This document shows positions 14,462-18,053 of a DNA stretch of 18,053 bases, piece by piece. The notes under the pieces were generated by a model. The model searched no databases. It was given only the letters and a program-made list of their open reading frames with translations, and was not told where the DNA came from. Each line of letters begins with the position of its first letter. The first letter of the stretch is position 1. Source of the DNA: a virus. Lineage: Duplodnaviria; Heunggongvirae; Uroviricota; Caudoviricetes. The stretch is taken from IMG/VR virus record IMGVR_UViG_2563366942_000011. The stretch is one strand, 5' to 3'. Position numbers and translations under genes: made by a program.

Positions 14462-15159
14462 AAAACATCGCCGCACAGATGGTTAATTTTGACCGTGAGC
14501 AGATGCGTCGGATCGCCAACAACATGCCGGAACAGTACGACGAAAAGCCGCAGGTACAGCAGGTAGCGCAGATCATCAACGGTGTGTTCAGCCAGTTACT
14601 GGCAACTTTCCCGGCGAGTCTGGCTAACCGTGACCAGAACGAACTGAACGAAATCCGCCGCCAGTGGGTTCTGGCTTTCCGGGAAAACGGGATCACCACA
14701 ATGGAACAGGTTAACGCAGGAATGCGCGTAGCCCGTCGGCAGAATCGACCATTTCTGCCATCACCCGGGCAGTTTGTTGCATGGTGCCGGGAAGAAGCAT
14801 CCGTTATCGCCGGACTGCCAAACGTCAGCGAGCTGGTTGATATGGTTTACGAGTATTGCCGGAAGCGAGGCCTGTATCCGGATGCAGAGTCTTATCCGTG
14901 GAAATCGAACGCGCACTACTGGCTGGTTACCAACCTGTACCAGAACATGCGGGCCAATGCGCTGACTGACGCGGAATTACGACGCAAGGCTGCCGATGAA
15001 CTGACCTGTATGACAGCGCGAATTAACCGTGGTGAGACGATACCTGAACCAGTAAAACAACTTCCTGTCATGGGCGGCAGACCTCTAAATCGTGTTCAGG
15101 CGCTGGCGAAGATCGCAGAAATTAAAGCTAAGTTAGGACTGAAAGGAGCAAGTGTATGA
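14458..15159 (+). CDS. P: Replication protein P (DnaB helicase loader)
   Basis: 233-aa ORF MKNIAAQMVNFDREQMRRIANNMPEQYDEKPQVQQVAQIINGVFSQLLATFPASLANRDQ..., matching lambda P as recalled; ATGA overlap with O. Confidence 0.96.
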   Translation: MKNIAAQMVNFDREQMRRIANNMPEQYDEKPQVQQVAQIINGVFSQLLATFPASLANRDQNELNEIRRQWVLAFRENGITTMEQVNAGMRVARRQNRPFLPSPGQFVAWCREEASVIAGLPNVSELVDMVYEYCRKRGLYPDAESYPWKSNAHYWLVTNLYQNMRANALTDAELRRKAADELTCMTARINRGETIPEPVKQLPVMGGRPLNRVQALAKIAEIKAKLGLKGASV

Positions 15160-15446
15160 CGGGCAAAGAGGCAATTATTCATTACCTGGGGACGCATAAT
15201 AGCTTCTGTGCGCCGGACGTTGCCGCGCTAACAGGCGCAACAGTAACCAGCATAAATCAGGCCGCGGCTAAAATGGCACGGGCAGGTCTTCTGGTTATCG
15301 AAGGTAAGGTCTGGCGAACGGTGTATTACCGGTTTGCTACCAAGGAAGAACGGGAAGGAAAGATGAGCACGAACCTGATTTTTAAGGAGTGTCGCCAGAG
15401 TGCCACGATGAAACGGATATTGGCGGTATATGGAGTTAAAAGATGA
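15156..15446 (+). CDS. ren: Ren (Rex exclusion resistance)
   Basis: 96-aa ORF MTGKEAIIHYLGTHNSFCAPDVAALTGATVTSINQAAAKMARAGLLVIEGKVWRTVYYRF..., matching lambda Ren as recalled. Confidence 0.92.
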   Translation: MTGKEAIIHYLGTHNSFCAPDVAALTGATVTSINQAAAKMARAGLLVIEGKVWRTVYYRFATKEEREGKMSTNLIFKECRQSATMKRILAVYGVKR

Positions 15447-15470
15447 CCATCTACATCACTGAGCTAATAA

Positions 15471-15503
15471 CAGGCCTGCAGGTAATCGCAGGCCTTTTTA
15501 TTT
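15471..15503 (+). terminator. tR2-like intrinsic terminator
   Basis: AGGCCTGC-AGGTAATC-GCAGGCCT hairpin followed by TTTTTATTT, between ren and ninB. Confidence 0.8.
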
Positions 15504-15519
15504 GGGGGAGAGGGAAGTC

Positions 15520-15960
15520 ATGAAAAAACTAACCTTTGAAATTCGATCTCCGGCACATCAGCAAAACGCTATTCACGCAGTACAGCAAATCCTTCCAGAC
15601 CCAACCAAACCAATCGTAGTAACCATTCAGGAACGCAACCGCAGCTTAGACCAAAACAGGAAGCTATGGGCCTGCTTAGGTGACGTCTCTCGTCAGGTTG
15701 AATGGCATGGTCGCTGGCTGGATGCAGAAAGCTGGAAGTGTGTGTTTACCGCAGCATTAAAGCAGCAGGATGTTGTTCCTAACCTTGCCGGGAATGGCTT
15801 TGTGGTAATAGGCCAGTCAACCAGCAGGATGCGTGTAAGCGAATTTGCGGAGCTATTAGAGCTTATACAGGCATTCGGTACAGAGCGTGGCGTTAAGTGG
15901 TCAGACGAAGCGCGACTGGCTCTCGAATGGAAAGCGCGATGGGGAGATCGGGCTGCATGA
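15520..15960 (+). CDS. ninB: NinB (Orf recombination mediator)
   Basis: ATG at 15520 behind a GGGAGAGGGAAG RBS; MKKLTFEIRSPAHQQNAIHAVQQILPDPTKPIVVTIQERNRSLDQNRKLW..., matching lambda NinB as recalled. The track start at TTG 15502 is an over-extension. Confidence 0.93.
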   Translation: MKKLTFEIRSPAHQQNAIHAVQQILPDPTKPIVVTIQERNRSLDQNRKLWACLGDVSRQVEWHGRWLDAESWKCVFTAALKQQDVVPNLAGNGFVVIGQSTSRMRVSEFAELLELIQAFGTERGVKWSDEARLALEWKARWGDRAA

Positions 15961-16484
15961 CTATCAAATCAAATACGCCAGCACACGACAAGGACTGCTG
16001 GCAAACGCCGCTTTGGCTTTTTGATGCACTGGATATTGAGTTTGGATTCTGGCTGGATTCGGCAGCGAGCGACAAAAATGCTCTGTGCGCTCACTGGCTA
16101 ACTGAGGACGACGACGCGCTCAATTCTGAGTGGGTAAGCCACGGTGCAATCTGGAATAACCCACCGTACAGCAATATCAGGCCGTGGGTGGAAAAAGCCG
16201 CTGAGCAGTGTATACAACAGCGACAGACGGTAGTGATGCTTGTGCCAGAGGATATGTCTGTCGGATGGTTCAGCAAGGCTCTGGAGAGTGTTGACGAAGT
16301 TCGTATTATCACTGATGGACGGATTAATTTTATCGAACCATCGACAGGGCTGGAGAAGAAGGGAAACAGCAAAGGCTCCATGCTGCTGATTTGGCGACCG
16401 TTCATCAGTCCTCGACGGATGTTTACTACCGTATCCAAAGCGGCATTGATGGCGATCGGGCAGGGCGTCAGGAGGGCTGCATGA
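15957..16484 (+). CDS. Phage N6-adenine DNA methyltransferase (Dam-like, NPPY motif)
   Basis: Start ATG overlaps the ninB stop (ATGA); product [25 protein letters not shown]...[21 protein letters not shown]...[14 protein letters not shown], typical of the phage Dam-type family. The 195-aa track ORF is an over-extension. Confidence 0.85.
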   Translation: MTIKSNTPAHDKDCWQTPLWLFDALDIEFGFWLDSAASDKNALCAHWLTEDDDALNSEWVSHGAIWNNPPYSNIRPWVEKAAEQCIQQRQTVVMLVPEDMSVGWFSKALESVDEVRIITDGRINFIEPSTGLEKKGNSKGSMLLIWRPFISPRRMFTTVSKAALMAIGQGVRRAA

Positions 16485-16657
16485 GACGACAGCGACGAAG
16501 CATCACCGACATAATCTGCGAAAACTGCAAATACCTTCCAACGAAACGCTCCAGAAATAAACGCAAGCTAATCCCAAAAGAATCTGACGTAAAAACCTTC
16601 AATTACACAGCCCACCTGTGGGATATCCGGTGGCTAAGATATCGTGCGAGGAAATGA
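16481..16657 (+). CDS. ninE: NinE
   Basis: [58 protein letters not shown]; start overlaps the methyltransferase stop (ATGA). Confidence 0.85.
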   Translation: MRRQRRSITDIICENCKYLPTKRSRNKRKLIPKESDVKTFNYTAHLWDIRWLRYRARK

Positions 16658-17001
16658 CAATGGATTATTCACAGTTAAGTGATTTTGAAATTAACAGAAT
16701 GGTAGGAGACATAATTTTTAAAGGCCTTTGGGCAAGTAAACCGGAAACATCAGGGAATAACACCAACAAATGGTATTACGGAAATGCTGATACAACTTTT
16801 GAGCCATTAAATCATTTGCCTGACTACTGCAATGATCCGAGCGCTTCATGGCCGATTATTGAGAAATACAGGATTTCTATCTTAGACCAGTTAACTGAAT
16901 GGTGTGTGGATGCAAAAGGCGTAAGCCCAATATTTGATACCAGACCTCTCCGCGCCGCCATGATTGTCTTTCTCCTGATGCAGGAGGCCAATAATGCTTA
17001 G
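16654..17001 (+). CDS. Hypothetical nin-region protein (115 aa)
   Basis: ATG at 16654 behind a GAGGAA RBS, overlapping the ninE stop; [34 protein letters not shown]...; family not confidently recognised. Confidence 0.65.
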   Translation: MTMDYSQLSDFEINRMVGDIIFKGLWASKPETSGNNTNKWYYGNADTTFEPLNHLPDYCNDPSASWPIIEKYRISILDQLTEWCVDAKGVSPIFDTRPLRAAMIVFLLMQEANNA

Positions 17002-17188
17002 CCCATCTCAATCCCTTCAATACCTGAAAGAAAGCATAGAGCGGGCTTCAATGTGCACAGAGTGGATTCTATCTAGGTTTAGCGCATACAGAAGATTGCC
17101 GGTAAAGGGCATGCCAAGCAAGTCGATGCTGCATATGCAAAAGAATGCGCGCTGGAAGGTATGGCGAGAACACAGGTTATGTGGCTGA
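16994..17188 (+). CDS. Small nin-region protein with NinF-like N-terminus (64 aa)
   Basis: ATG behind an AGGAGG RBS; [18 protein letters not shown]... resembles the lambda NinF start as I recall it, then diverges. Confidence 0.5.
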   Translation: MLSPSQSLQYLKESIERASMCTEWILSRFSAYRRLPVKGMPSKSMLHMQKNARWKVWREHRLCG

Positions 17189-17207
17189 AAGAGGGGGTTA
17201 TTAAGGC

Positions 17208-17570
17208 GTGAATACCTACAGCATCACATTACCCTGGCCTCCGAGCAATAATCGCTATTACCGCCATAATCGCGGGCGCACGCACGTCAGCGCAGAGGGG
17301 CAGGCATACCGCGATAACGTCGCCCGAATCATTAAAAACGCAATGCTGGATATCGGCCTGGCTATGCCTGTGAAAATCCGCATTGAGTGCCACATGCCGG
17401 ATCGCCGTCGCCGTGACCTGGATAATCTGCAAAAAGCCGCTTTTGACGCACTCACTAAAGCAGGTTTCTGGCTGGATGATGCTCAGGTCGTTGATTACCG
17501 CGTTGTGAAGATGCCTGTTACCAAAGGTGGGAGGCTGGAACTGACCATCACCGAAATGGGGAATGAATGA
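17208..17570 (+). CDS. rusA: RusA Holliday-junction resolvase
   Basis: 120-aa [103 protein letters not shown]..., matching E. coli DLP12/phage 82 RusA as recalled. Confidence 0.96.
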   Translation: MNTYSITLPWPPSNNRYYRHNRGRTHVSAEGQAYRDNVARIIKNAMLDIGLAMPVKIRIECHMPDRRRRDLDNLQKAAFDALTKAGFWLDDAQVVDYRVVKMPVTKGGRLELTITEMGNE

Positions 17571-17707
17571 TGTTTGAGTTTAATATGGCAGAACTTCTTC
17601 GCCACCGCTGGGGGCGTCTGCGCTTATATCGTTTCCCCGGTTCTGTTTTGACCGATTACCGAATACTGAAGAATTACGCCAAAACCCTGACAGGAACAGG
17701 AGTATGA
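17567..17707 (+). CDS. ylcG: YlcG-like small protein (46 aa)
   Basis: Hand translation [46 protein letters not shown]; start overlaps the rusA stop; below the ORF-track cutoff. Confidence 0.8.
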   Translation: MMFEFNMAELLRHRWGRLRLYRFPGSVLTDYRILKNYAKTLTGTGV

Positions 17708-17792
17708 AGTCAGAGATAACAATCAACTAATACTGTTTTGTTGATTTTTGCTTGTAATTGGCGTTCTGGTCTGATTTTTGTGGAGTAAGTTG

Positions 17793-18053
17793 ATGCGTGA
17801 TATTCAGATGGTTCTTGAGCGTTGGGGTGCGTGGGCGGCTAATAATCATGAAGATGTGACCTGGTCGTCCATTGCCGCCGGTTTTAAGGGATTAATTCCT
17901 TCAAAAGTAAAATCTCGCCCGCAATGTTGTGACGATGACGCGATGATCATTTGCGGGTGCATGGCCCGTCTGAAAAAGAACAACAGCGATTTACACGATT
18001 TATTAGTAGATTATTATGTATGTGGTATGACATTCATGTCACTGGCAAGTAAG
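17793..18053 (+). CDS. Q: Late-gene antiterminator Q (phage 82 / DLP12 QuuD type), 5' partial, runs off window end
   Basis: ATG behind a GGAG RBS; [76 protein letters not shown]...; no stop before the window ends. Confidence 0.85.
   Translation, partial: MRDIQMVLERWGAWAANNHEDVTWSSIAAGFKGLIPSKVKSRPQCCDDDAMIICGCMARLKKNNSDLHDLLVDYYVCGMTFMSLASK

Noticed and set aside
14010-14699. Several minus-strand ORFs (60-109 aa) within O and P
   Set aside because: All are antisense to highly conserved replication genes; Cys/Arg-rich translations consistent with chance frames in GC-richer DNA.

Overview
This window is the early/regulatory half of a mosaic lambdoid prophage in standard lambda map orientation, running from int to a 5'-partial Q gene. 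The leftward pL operon is on the minus strand: int, xis (split by a complete IS1 with a perfect 9-bp target duplication), an ea22/ea8.5-type accessory block, orf73 (TraR-like), orf63, orf60a, exo, bet, gam, kil, cIII, ea10, ral, then a non-lambda N-family antiterminator. sieB is on the plus strand. The immunity module is hybrid: cI has a non-lambda HTH N-terminal domain joined to a lambda-type C-terminal domain, cro is XRE-type, and cII has a lambda-identical C-terminus with OOP antisense RNA. The rightward pR operon is lambda-like through O (with ori iterons), P, ren, tR2 and ninB, then carries an N6-adenine methyltransferase, ninE, two small ORFs, rusA, ylcG and Q. The most interesting element is an AT-rich two-gene cassette (185 aa and 250 aa, translationally coupled) sitting exactly where lambda carries rexA-rexB, between cI and pL. 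It has no resemblance to RexA/RexB that I can recognise and is a candidate undescribed prophage-encoded exclusion/defence system. All homology statements come from reading the translations and from recalled reference sequences; no database search was run.
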